Shown in pieces: positions 11,200 to 23,600 of a DNA stretch of 64,000 bases (its first letter is position 1; every line of letters starts with the position of its first letter). Position numbers and translations under genes: made by a program. The notes under the pieces were generated by a model. It saw only the letters and a program-made list of their open reading frames with translations, did not search any database and was not told the origin of the DNA. The DNA comes from Raillietiella orientalis (Eukaryota), in assembly GCA_036172245.1 (NCBI GenBank), contig JAYWIR010000018.1, forward strand, positions 3,348,001 through 3,412,000, read 5' to 3'.

Positions 11200-14100
11200 C
11201 TATCATAATCAAGTGTGCCCATCTTCTTTCCCTGTGTATTCCTCGTTAACGATCCCAGATTCTTCAGGGTTTCTTGTTAAAGTCAGATGATCTATATCAT
11301 TGCTTTGCAAACAAAGCTGGAGGTAGCTGAGATTAAGCCAAGAAACATGAGACATTTCCGAAGTCAGAGCTAGCAATTCACTCCTGGTCATACTCACCGC
11401 ATCATCAAGCACCGAGGAAAAAGTACCGGAAGTTTCCTTTGGCAACTCTGCTTGCCTTCCTCAAGAACTCCTCCCTCCCTTCACTTTTTCTGTGCGTGTG
11501 TGTTTTGTTTTCCAGGAATGCAGGATCCTCAATAACTGTCACTTCAGAAGCGTCCTTGGCAGCGTTCCTCACTCCCTTCCTTATCTTCAAGAGACTGCCA
11601 TCTTTCTGTTTTTTTATTATTCTAAGCTTCAGTTGGTCTACTTTGCTATTCCATTCAAGCAAGCATTCCGGATTTCGCCACTAACTGGATACCTCTCACC
11701 GTTTCATCATCATCAGATCGAGTCTGTCGCGAGCGCAACAATAGGAGCCAGCAGAAAGACCTACTTTTGTTCCCCTTTTTCTTCTACAGAGTTAACTGGA
11801 CAATGATTATTTGTGGACTGCACAAGAAGATGCAAAAGAGATTCATACCACAGTACACACCTTTTCCACGACCTCTTTAGCCCTCCTTGTTTTGAGTCCA
11901 GTCGCTCAGGGACGTCTACTCCAATTCCCGTGTCCGAGATGCACGATTCGGAAAGCGCCCACACGCAGGTCGATAGCTTGGAGAGAAACGCTCACAGCAA
12001 GAAGTCAGCAGAGCGATGGGGAGAGGGGGAGAGGATAAAAACAAAGGAGTGCACGGGATATGAGGAAACGCCGGGAGCAAACACCATCGTATCCGGAATA
12101 GAGGGAAAGGAGAGTCACCGAATTTCTGTGCTGCGTCTTTCTTCCGCTCCAGATATGTGTCCCAGCGCCTTCCCGCAATCCGAACGCGTCCTCTGCCATT
12201 TCGGGACGGCAATAAGGCTATCTTGCTTCCCCCCACATCACGGAAATGAACTTAAGCGAACGGTCATCCTCCAGTTCCACCTCCGCTCCATCGCGCGTCA
12301 ATTCGCGACCACCGCAAACATGCAGTACAGTGACTTGGAGGTCGAGAGTCCCGGCGGCCTGGTGGAGAGTCGCCAAGCAATCTGCCGAGAGTAGTCCTTC
12401 GGACGCTAGAGGGCATCCGGAGCACAACTGAAGGGCAACCAGGATCGTTGCTGGTGACAACGATCCTGGTTGCCTCGTGACGTTCATCTGGTTGGTCTTT
12501 CCTCTTTCTCGTTGTCGAGAAGTTGATTCCCGACGGGTCACCACGAGTGGACGGTCCCTTGCCGAAGGAAGATCCTGCCGTGTATTTCGTACCCTCAGCC
12601 CTGCGTTTCTCGTCGAACTGTCCGCCACTGTGCTCCTTTGAGTGCTTTAGAGGTTGGTGTGGTGGTTCTCTGCTGACGACTCGACCATGTAGGTCTGCAC
12701 TCGGCCGTTTCCAGGTGTCCTAGCCAATGCTCCCGGCCGATGCCTCTGCTGTGCTGCACGTTGGGAGGTATCCAAATCCCCTGCAGAAGATCGTTGTTTT
12801 GAAGATCTCGAGATCTGTTCCATACGAAGACGATCGCGTGATTAACTCTTGGGTTCCTCCCGAGAGCGAAAGTGGGAGCGTGTGGTTCTTATATTCCCCC
12901 TCTTTTCGTTCACCAACCCCTTTGGACACTGCTGCTGTCTTTTCGTGTGAGCATCCCACAGTATTGCAACGCTGTCTTCTCTTCGCAGAACGAGCATGAA
13001 TCGCAACCAAGGGATACCTGGTTCTGCATCGTGTCCCTTGGTTGTTGTCTCGAATCCCCCATGGTTCATAAGTCGCCTTCTTTCTGCACCGGTCAAAATG
13101 CTGTGCCGCCATGTGTTGGGTGCATATCATTGCGGAGTGAATAAAGGTATACGATGCTTGACAGTTCTTCGTCCCATTTTGGCCATTGGAAGCGAACTCG
13201 CCATTTCCTCGGTCCTCAGTGCTGGTGTTCCTCTAAAGAAGAAAATTTTTCCCTTTCCTGCATCCCTTCCGGACTCAAGAAACTTTCGTCGTTTCCGTAG
13301 GCATCTAGCAGGATATACTTTTCTGTTGCCAACAGTGACATTGAAATTAGAGGCTCAGTGTGCAAAGAGGCTTTTTCTTCTGTGTTTTTTTGTCTGTGTC
13401 TTCTATGTGTTGTGACTTTTTCTTCTTTCTTCAAGCTTTGAGCGCTTTAGCAGCTAAGGAAGGCTTCAAAAAGAAATTACCTCTCAGAAAGACTTCGGTG
13501 CATCTTCGAAAACATTGAGATTGGAGGACGGAAGCATCCTTTTCTTCGCTGGTTCCAAGAACTCATTTATCTCGACGGATAGCGTCGGTACAATGGTTCT
13601 GGAACATGTAGTGGGATGTTGGGAAGTGGGCGGGAAAAAATGGCAAACCGAAGAAAGACTTCATGAAGAGAATTCTTCATTCCCTGAGTTTCACCCGCGG
13701 AAATCTGCAGAATCTCCATGCTCAGATTACTGAAGCGGAATGGTTGCCTTTCTGTCAGGAAGAGCAAACAAAAGATGACTGACGCTCCTCCACTGGATGT
13801 GGTTCTTCCAGTGACTGGACCGCTCAAGGCGGCTATAGCTCGCGCTCCGGAGCGCAGCGGTGCTCGAGGAGGAAAAAGAGTAGGAGAAAGATGGTGTCCA
13901 GCAGGTTATCTGCACAGGTTGGAGATCCACACTGATGCCAATCGTCACTGAGCACATCCATCTCAGCTCAGATAAGGGACTGAATACGCAATTCTCTAGT
14001 CCTTCGACGAACCGGAGCAACGCCCTGATGTGACCTTCACTTTTCTGGACACACTCTACACTGTCGGGACACGAACTCGGAAAGGTTGCCTGCCTAGAAG

Positions 14101-15200
14101 ACTAAACGTACCTCTGGGAGGAGGAATAACCGAGCAAAGGGATTCTAGTTCTTAGGGGGATGGATTTTTATCCGCTCCCATTAGTGTGTCATTCCCCTTT
14201 TTAATCCTCTGAGTTGGTCTCAAGGCAGGAAAGACTTGAATCCACTTGCTTCACCTAACCTTCCGCGTAATTCACTACTGGTTGATGATGAGACATGATG
14301 TACCATGAGGCTAAGACTCGTCCCTCAGGAAGATCAATTTGCCCAGGGGAAGAAATCTGTAGATTCACGAACTCTTAACCAGAGAGAGACGGAGAGAGAT
14401 CCTCTCACTCTGAGCTTATGGGTTCGTTAGAGGGGATGTAGGACGAAAAGGTGGCTTAGCAAGTCCGTGTCTCTCCGAGTTGCCACTTTTTTCTCCGTTT
14501 TTGCTGCATCATTCCTCTGATATGAGCATCCAGTACGAATCCTGCAACGAGAATCTCCTGGATTCTGGAAGATGATCTGAAGCCTCCTCGGACGCTTTTT
14601 GGAAGCAGAGAAAATGCAGAGACAGCGCTATCGCTTGGTGTTTCCGCGATACGGTCCTTCAGTTGAGAAACTCTGGGCCAATTTCATCCTCGGATCTGAA
14701 TTCTCTCTTCATCTACTGATCTCTAGGAACACGGCTAATGCAGGTATTCTCTTTTTCTGGACTAGAAAGATCCTTCATCAAGGAAATGGGTGAAATGGGA
14801 AAGGAAGAGAAGAGAGGAGAGATGGAAAGATCGAATCTAAAGGACGGAAGAAACGCAACCTTTCGGTAAATTCGAGCTCGGAGTAGCCGCTGGGGGGGGG
14901 AGCCCTCTACTTGTCTCTGCTTAGGATGATGGACTGAAAGATGACGGAGAGTGAGACCCACGAAACCCATGTCCTGTCTCAGCGTACACTGTGCCTGGTC
15001 TGGCTGCGATGCCTGAGGCAAGTGCAGAAACCTCCCACACCCGCAACTTCATCCCGCCCTTTGCTGTACTGAGCGCTGGGCCGGAACCCACCGCCGCCGT
15101 GGATATGATCCCTCCATAGTTCAGCATGCACAAGCAGGCCAGAAACCAGACATCAGAGAGAAGTGGTTCCGTTACGTAGTGATAGTTTCAGAAGATCTTA
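11200..15200 (-). mobile_element. Decayed 5' half of element (copy C): CCHC knuckle, APE-like region, linker, start of Ulp1-like domain; interrupted by a + strand fragment
   Basis: QCT..ETGHGFRGS knuckle remnant at ~14950-15000. SELLALTSEMSHVSWLNLSYLQLCL (ORF 11209-11445) resembles the Ulp1 WLNDxxIxxYL motif. Confidence 0.45.
12000..13200 (+). mobile_element. Nested fragment with a gag-like knuckle remnant and an AP-endonuclease-like domain
   Basis: GHPEHN* at ~12410-12431. ORF 12727-12999 has ASAVLHVGR...RVINSWVPP...AAVFSCEHP (cf. GVAILV, INxYxPP, GDFNAHH). ORF 12996-13415 has ISRLLS...GAYHCGV (cf. SxID, SDH). Confidence 0.5.
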
Positions 15201-15299
15201 GATGAGCAGGGCGAAAATAGGAGATGCGACCTCTAAGCGCGAGACATCATCGTTGCTCCTTTGCTCATGCGTTCCTTCCTCCTTTTTCCTCCATTTGAG

Positions 15300-18200
15300 C
15301 TCTCTCACCTCCTATCACCCCACAGATGAGCCTTCTTTGAGTAAGCACCGACCAACGAGAATGCTCAGAAGAGATACAAAGTCACAGAATTCTTATCCCT
15401 GTGTTTACCTTTCCCAATTAGAGGACGTACACTCTGAAGTGGCGCGGGTCAGTGAGACCACTTCTTTAACAAAAGGTACGCACTAAATCCACCCTCTAGA
15501 TCTGAGCGCTGACCTTGCGTATTTCAAAAAAGCACGAGGACTCGGAAGATGCCCTTGGCCTTACAGGAGGCGCCAGGAGGAGTGAGCTTCAGCACGGTTT
15601 CCTAAGGAGCTGGAGGAGGGAGAAAAGGGTGGCAGAAACGAGAAAGAGGAGGAGGAAGAGGAGGAAAGGTTCATCTCTTTTCTCTACCGTTGGTGTGGGT
15701 CCCAGAAAGTGCGCAAGCGCACCCACTCTTCCTTCAGATGCTGATGAGAGCGAGACCCTGGACCTCAGTCGCTGCTGAGACGGGCTCTCGGTGGCGCTAT
15801 AAGCTTCCTCCTTATCCTTGAAGATTCTTTCATTCTCCCTCTCCTGCTCAAGATGGAACTCTTGTCTTCTACAGCGTCTCAGAAACTGGGGTAGAATGAA
15901 GGGGATCGCGAACAGCCCGCCAGCCCTGGATGGAGGAGACGAACGGGGAAAGGATAGCGCGGGATGCACCCGCCTTCTCTTTCTTGGATGAAAACATCGC
16001 CTCTTCTGTGTGGCAGGCTGGGGAACGAGTTTTCAGGGTTTCATCCCCTCCTTCTCTGCTCTTGGAATCATTCCTCCTTTTCCTTTTTCATGTCTCCTCC
16101 CCACGGAAGGAATTCGAAATTGCCAGAACCTTTCCGAAGATCTTCCTCTTTCCTCTCCCACTCGACCGACACCTTGTCAATAGGAGGGTCAATCGTTCTC
16201 TCCCTCCAGTGGTGAGTAGCGCACACCAACTTACTCTCAAACCTACTGCGGGTGTCCAGGTTTCTGCGTGACGATCTCAGGCAATCGCGGATGCTTCCAG
16301 GAATCCGATGGGGCCGGGGAAAAAAGGAAGGGAAACTCCAGTCTCCTTGGTGACGGCGCGCTTGCTCGCATTAGAGTTTGGAGGGTTCGTCCCGTTTCGC
16401 GCCTCTGTCGCTCCCGAAAGGCGCTGCTCCCCCTTCCTGGAGGCAGACCGAGCGAAGGAGGGTCTCCTTCCCGAGTAAAAGCAGGAGGGGAGCCACACTG
16501 CTTGCATGCCTGCGGCGGAGCAACCCTTGGACGGTCGGACTCCCCCCCGGAAGGGGTCACGCAAGGACGGCATTTGTGATTGCTTGGTATCCCCGGCAAA
16601 GAGAGAGCGACTGGTCAGAGCTCAAACGGGTCTCCTCCAGGTTGTCCTGTTGCCCAGAGCAACCCCTTTTCCTTCTTTGGCACCTTTCCTCTTCCCTCCT
16701 GTTTCGTCCTCATTCTGCATTTTTTCTAGGCGTGCACGCACATAGTGGAGCGCTGCAAACTACTGATGACCTGATAGAGTCCTTATAACCTGCTCCTTTT
16801 AAAATGAGGAAGAATGATGACTCTCTGGTGGAATATTCGAGAGGCTCTCCTCTGTGCATTCGCGGTTCACATGGTCCCTGAGGTCTCGCCCAGGAGCTAC
16901 GCGTGGAATGGCCGAGGGCTGGAGCCATCGCGCACGCACTCGAAGAACGGCGATCAGAGGTGATCCGGAGAACGCGCCTTCTTTGCCACGAGGGACCCGA
17001 GGGACGGTCGCAGTTCCAGTCCCCCATGAGACAAAGGCTCGTCCCGGAGCCCTCTCAGCAAATCTTCCTCTCTTTGAACTCCGCTCTGCTCACTTCTCTG
17101 TAGGGTCTCCTCTCAGGCAATGGAGCACTTCCCTAGAGCAGAGTGCATCCCTGGGGGAAATGCGGAAGGCTGCGCATTCGTTCCGGGAGGAAGACACAGG
17201 CGGGGGATCCTGGAGCTTTTACGAAGGATCTCTCTCTCCTTCAATTCCAGAACACGGCCCTCTGTTGCCTGCCTGCCTTCTCGAGGACTCCCCGGGAAGC
17301 AAGAGTAGCTGGAAGAGGATTCTGGCACTGATCCCATTCCATCGCCACGGGACGGGACTTCCTGAGTCGCTGCTTTCTCTTCCTTCGAAGGGAGAGCCAG
17401 CTCCGCTGCCGGCGGAGTGGGATGACGTCAGCAGGCTCACAAACGCTTCCTTCTAGTCCCTTCCCAGTCTTTCCCTCCGGATCGAAGATGAGAACCTATC
17501 CGTGACCTCATGCTCGCTCGACCTGTCTCCTCTTCCTCCTTCCCATCTCCTCTCCTCGGAGAGTTCTTGTTTCCAGTTCCGGGATATGTGGGTGGATGGC
17601 CTCTTAGAACTAGGGTGGACCCGATCTTGAGGCACCCAAGCGGTGATAATGACGTTGACAGGGGGCGTTCACAGATTCACACACCTTCCACGCGCCTCTC
17701 GGGGGCGCCACCTATCGTGAAAATCCGAAGTCACTAGAGCTAAAGAGGTGCAGGGCAGCTTCCTGGTGACCGCGTTCGGAAGACCCACCTACCCTTTATC
17801 GGGAATGCAGTCCCGGATATTCGCCTTTCTCGAGGCTACATCCCCTCCTTCCCCCACCCAACTGATTGTCAAAACGGTTCGCGAGGTGGCAAGCGCAATG
17901 ATTTTGAGCCAGAGACCTGCATCGCTCAGCTTTGATCCGACTCCGAACGGAAGGACGTGGTGCACCGAGCGATGACGCAGAATTCTCCACGGCAACGCCT
18001 CCATTCGGAATCCCAGTTTTCTCTTTTTCCGGAAATTTCAGGGATCGAGTATCCCGGATCGAAATTCCGAGAGTGAGTGGCATGGAAAACTCTCGAAGCG
18101 ATGAAGCCCCTTCTTTTTCTCTCCCGCAGGTCTGCAAGTCCGAACAGGGTAGCAGCCTGGCTTCTTCTGGAAAGGTGGAGGATACCGCTACCTTCCCACA

Positions 18201-21200
18201 AACAGCTTATTTGCTGCAGATACACCCTCTGCGCTTAGGGGTATTTGCTCATCTCGTTTTCTCCACCTGCATTCGATGCTTCCCGTGACCACCCCTTCCC
18301 GGTCAGTCCGCGTTGAGGCAGCAGCGGAATTCCAATATCTAAGAGACCATACCCTTAGCACATGCGTGCAGAGCACAGAAAGTCTCCTCCTCCGGTCTAA
18401 GGACTCCTCCTACCCAGCATCCACCTCTGCCTACCAATCATCCTTCGCAGCTCATTCTGTCCGTTGCTGTCCCTAACAGTGATCTCGCGTTAAAGACGAG
18501 CCGCATGGCCTCTGAGATGCATTAAATTCCGAATAACACGTGCTCGTCTTCTGGGAAGATCCTTAGCCTTCCAGGCTGCGCTTCTTGCAAGAGCCCCGAG
18601 CTGCAGCATCTTCCCCTCTCTCAGTCACTCCGATCCACACCGACATGCTGTGCGCGACGAAGGAACTTCCAAGTGGATGAAGAAGGAAGCCCTGTGCAGG
18701 TTCTCTGCAAGTCTGCATTCTACAGATTACGAGCAGGTCGTCAGACTGTCAGTCTCCTTGAACTGCTCCTAGCCACCTGTGCTGCGCCTATTCCCCTTGC
18801 CTTCTGACTGGAATGTTGCACAGGAAACCGGGAGAAAGCAGCTGGAAGCTTTTCTAGCCAGTCGAATGGAGCACCCCAAGCACCTTCTTCGTCTTGAGAG
18901 GTCGCTTAGGATTTCGGTCTCAGAGGACTCGGTTCTTTCTTGAGACCTTCCCTCTCCAGCAGACGGCTTGTTTGTCTGAAAATATGGACTTACTCACGAC
19001 CCTAGCCTGCGCCAGAAGTCTCCCACCATAGACGACGATCCATGTCTCCTTGCTTCCTGAAATCCCCTTTGCGGACAGCTTGTGGGCAGGCGCTTCGCGG
19101 TTCACCACAAGCTCCCAGATGATAGCTCCAGAGATTCTCTGGAAGGTCAGCGCCCGCGGAACGCGTCCTCAGTACCTCGGGGCCTCCTCAAGGATCCATG
19201 GAGACCCTCCGAGAAATTCGCTTGCTGTCGAGGATCAGGACAGGAGGCGAGCTTCTGGATCCAGGATCTGGGATATGGGCCTCATGCGAAGAAGGTCGTA
19301 TCTATCGCGAACGACCGGTGTTTCTCAGGAAGACCCGGAAGCGGCGAACGAGTCTCTGAGCAGCCGTTCGGCCTCCCGCGCCTCTTGCAAGAGTGCGTGA
19401 AGACCACGCGCGTCTACGCGTATCGTAGCGGAACTTTTCGAATCTCTCTCCTCCTGAGAGAGGGATACGTCGCAGAGAGAATGGCCGTGCCACGCCTGAA
19501 GCGGATGCTGTTGTACATTTCCTCGGAGGCAGTGGATGGATTCTCTTTTGCGTTCCAAGGGCTGCATTTTCCAGTTCGCCTTGGTGGAGCTTCCAGACCT
19601 ATGCAGCGTGCGGACATGCGTCGTCAGGTCGCCACCAGAAAGTGAAGGCGGCAGAGTCACTAGGAGTTTACTGCATTAGATCCTCATGACCAGTCACAGG
19701 AAAACCCACAGTGAGGTTTCTTTGGATGCAGGAAGCTGAAAAACGGGTATTAGAGTGATTGCTTCCCTTCGTCTTCTCTGATCTGTGGGAAAGGCGGGTC
19801 GTGAACTTCTCGTCGATCCCACTTCCCTGACCTGACGGACGAAAGTGGTTAGTAACATATCCTGGATTGAGCCAATTCTGGATCGAGAAATCCACGACCA
19901 AACTCTTCGAAAATAAACAGTGGTTTGAGAGCTTGTTGAGATGGAAGAAGAGGAACGAGGATAACGAGAATGCCTTCCCTTAGTGCTGATAGAAATCCGA
20001 ACCTCCAAGTCCCGAAGTCGTCGTGGCAAGGAGCTCCCCAAGGAGCAGGCGACAGCGAGGGTTGTGGCACTGAGTTCGGTCGATGCTTGAGTCGACCCCG
20101 GTATACGCTGAACCACCAGATCCTATCATGTCATTTGTTTATGTGTGCTAACATCTCGTTGTCCTTGATGAGGGTTCGGCTACTGATGCAATGGACGAAT
20201 AAGAACGTGATTCAAAGATTCTTTCGATACTGCTATACATCTTGGATGCAGCTAGTGGACGCCGTTCCCTGTGGAGGAGACTCGTATGAGCAGTATGTTG
20301 AGCCATGTATCACGCGTTCCTAGCCTTCCTGGTAGGAAGTGTCAGTGGACCAATAAAATTGACATTTCTGGGAGAAAGCACAAGCGAACTTTGCCCGAAG
20401 GTGGAGGCGCCCATTCGTAAGGAGGAGTCGCTCTTTCGAAACTCCTGTGAACATTCCAACATCCGATCCTCTGTCATCGGTCCCTTCTAGGAAGCACTTC
20501 GCCGGCATTTTGCTGCTGAGTCATTTCTTTGTTATTTCGAGAAGGACGTCTGGAACCTTGGGCGAAAAATCTGAGATCGAAGCCACAGACTTTCCACCCT
20601 GGACAAGCGCCTCCGCAAGGAATAAACGCCAATTCGGAGGGATGCACTGTGGGGACCAGCGTGGGGCAGCCATGGCACGTGAAGGAGGCGCAGATCTAGA
20701 GTTACTAGGAAACTCTGGATGAAACAGGAGTTCTCAAGGACTCGAATGCATTCTCTTTCTTCAGTGTCTCGTTGTCTCTTCGTACCTCGTCGAGACAGCT
20801 TCCAGATAAATAGGAGAGCTAGAAAGAAGCACCATGCCGTTGAGATCCTCTTTGTGTGTCCTGGGTCACAAAGAGGCTACTCATTTGCTCAGTGGCGGAG
20901 GCATGAGAAAGAAAAGAGGCCTGGAGTGGCGCCCTTCTCACCGAAATGGGCGAGGCGGCGCAGCGTCTCCTTTGATACACGGCGGAAGAGCTCGTACGCC
21001 TCCTGACCTTGGACGTGTCCGCTCTTGGTGAAGGAGCAGCTGGGAGAGAGGCTGTTGTAGCCTCTTTTTTCAAAGAAGAAACCCCAAGAAGCAGATTTCT
21101 GAGCGCGCTCACACGCTCCTCCTTCCTAACACACGCATGCGCTTCGATAAAAGTTAAGGGGAGCACCGCAAGATGGCAGTGAATGCTCTTTCCTCCAAAA

Positions 21201-23600
21201 GCGTAGTCCATACCGCAGCCCCCCTTCTTCTCCTGCAGAGCCAAATTCCTCAGATTGGTCGGAGGAGGACGGTTGGTGTGCTCCACTTCTTGTTCTCGAC
21301 TCCTTCTCTGGTCGACCTACACGTGAGCTGCTTCTGGTTCGCTCTGGAACTGAGCGAGCTGCAATGAACGACAGGAAGTTTCCTCTTCACTGCAAGAAGC
21401 CTAGATGCGCACATCCCCATCTTTCCTCATGCTGGCAGGTAACTGACGAGGGACAGTCCTGAGCTTAGGAGGAGCAGCTCCAAAGCTACCCAGGGTTCGT
21501 TTTCCGAGAGTCTGGGAAACAAGCTCTCCGGGTAGTTTTGGAGGGAGGATGGGTTCTCCGAAGGAAAACGCGTTGTCGTTAAACCGCTCATTGTCAGTAA
21601 ACACACAGAGCTTTCTATCACCCTCAACAGAGGGAAGAGCTTCCCCTCGTTACCCAGAGATGCTCATTTACCACTTTGCATACTCACTTATTAATGAATA
21701 AATAAGCATGCAGAGTAAGAACGGAGTTTCCAGTTGAATTCTCTAGAGTGGGGTACTGTCCCACGTGCATTTGGTTCAACAGAAGGGATTTGTAGTGAAA
21801 AAGGAGGAAACAATGCCATAAAGGAGCAAAAAAATAAATCAAAGAATCTAGGAGTGGACATGGTGACACTTTCTTACTTGCATGATGAGGGTCCTGGCCT
21901 CTGGAGCCGAATAAAGCTTCCCTCTCTCCTTAGCTCGCTTCATCCGCCGCTACCGTCATAGGACACGCTTGTCTCGATGCTGTGGATATAGCACAAGGTT
22001 GTAGATATAGCCGAAATCTCGCAATGAAACAAAAATCTATAAGGGCAACAGAGGTCCATAATGGACGAAGAAACGCCTCATCAGCCCTCAAGATTGCCGC
22101 TCTAGCATGGGAAAGAATTAATACCACGGCCTCTAAACCCTCACGAAGAAATTGTGGTTTTGTTGAAACTGTCGCATGTATTCCTCTGATCTGCACCTCG
22201 AACACTTCGGAGAAACTCTCCCTTCATGTCAAGTAATTACTGATTCTGTTACACCAAAAACTGCCCCACATGAAGGGACGTTGTTTGCTGCGTGGGGAAA
22301 GGTATGGAGCTGTCCAAGAACAAGGGTGGGTGAATAATCAGCTCCAGTTTCGTCTCATCGACTCCAGCTTGCGTTTCAGTCCTGAGGTCCTTCGAGAGGC
22401 CCCATTGGTTGGACCAAATGTACGATGGGATCCTATGACGCTGGTTTCGGGGTCCTGGTCCCTTTAATCCATCTGAACCACCATTTATTTTCCAAGGAGC
22501 TTCGTTAATCTCATAGCGAGTTGACAGCTGCTTTAAGCTGTTGAAATCTCCAGATCCAACAGTTACGGATCTTGTTCGCAGCATCCACATATAGTCCCGG
22601 TGGAGACCATGATAGGGCAAGACTTACGCCTGGATCAATCACTGGCGAACTTTCCCTTTACAGCAACGATATGAGGAGTTTATGGACGTTGGGAAAACCA
22701 GCCTTTAGTAGACTAAAACTAAATAATGGAGAACCCAGAGGCTTCACAGAACATAGAACTCTTGATCGTGTCATAAAGAAAAAGACTAGGACTGGCTTGC
22801 GCGCTCTCCAGCTCAGGGACTCAGAAAAGTATGGCTTACCCTGATATGAAAACTTCTAACCAGGGCAAAGTCATGTTCTGAGTTGGTCAGCACCATGCTT
22901 ACGAAGTGACCATGTCGCTTTTCTTTCAACAGGGACCACATGAGTTTAGATTACTACCGCTTAATGAATGCACCTAGGTTGAAACGAATGCCATTCCGAG
23001 TCTCATCCACAGGATCGATTGCATGTACGAGGAATATGCACTTTGTCCGGAATCTCTTCAGCTTATCGTCAGTCACCGCAGGTGCAGCTCCCATGCCATC
23101 TCTCATCAGCATGATGGGCGGCAAACAAATTATAATGGATGACGACAGAGCAAAGGGCACTGATTGCTTCCCATCTACGGATTCCGGGAGCAGATTTTAG
23201 CCTCCAAGATGACCTGGTCTCAGGCCGATGAAAGGATGACTCTACTGGAAGTAGCCCGCTTTTTTGAGAGCAGCTCAGCGACCCTAGAAGATTCCAGGAA
23301 GAGAAAGGAAATTCTGTATTCTGGTTCAGCTTTTGCTCTTAAAGGAGCACCTACCTGCCTCGGTCGAAAGCATCTCTATAGGATCCTGTGGCACATTTGG
23401 TCCAGGAAACGACTATGTGCTGAAGGAGTTCAGAATCTAGAAGGAAAAGGTGCAGACTTCAGCAAGGGGATGATATGCAGTAGTTCTCGAGAGATGTGCT
23501 GGAACCATCTGATGGACAACCTCATGTGAGCATCCTGAATTTTTCGCCTGAGACACCGCTGCTATAAGAGAAAGATTGTGAAAACTGCAGAAAATTCCTC
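15300..23600 (+). mobile_element. Longest decayed copy (copy E) of NeSL/Utopia-like retrotransposon: 5' region with CCHC knuckle, APE-like, Ulp1-like protease, RT, CCHC, RLE
   Basis: TCIRCF..DH (~18265-18295); TDMLCATKE and TCAAPI (~18640-18792); QWTNKNVIQRFF (~20190); KHFAGILL (20492) and QFGGMHCG (20630-20653); RT remnants 21400-22850 (e.g. SNDMRSLWT); MTLLEVARFFESSSATLEDSRKRKEILY (ORF 23164-23529, RLE DVxxPFE..K..KY-like). The 5' boundary is uncertain. Confidence 0.7.

Noticed and set aside
16854..17456. 200-aa ORFs here and at 25426-26028
   Set aside because: They lie in GC-rich decayed 5' regions of the element and show no family motif.
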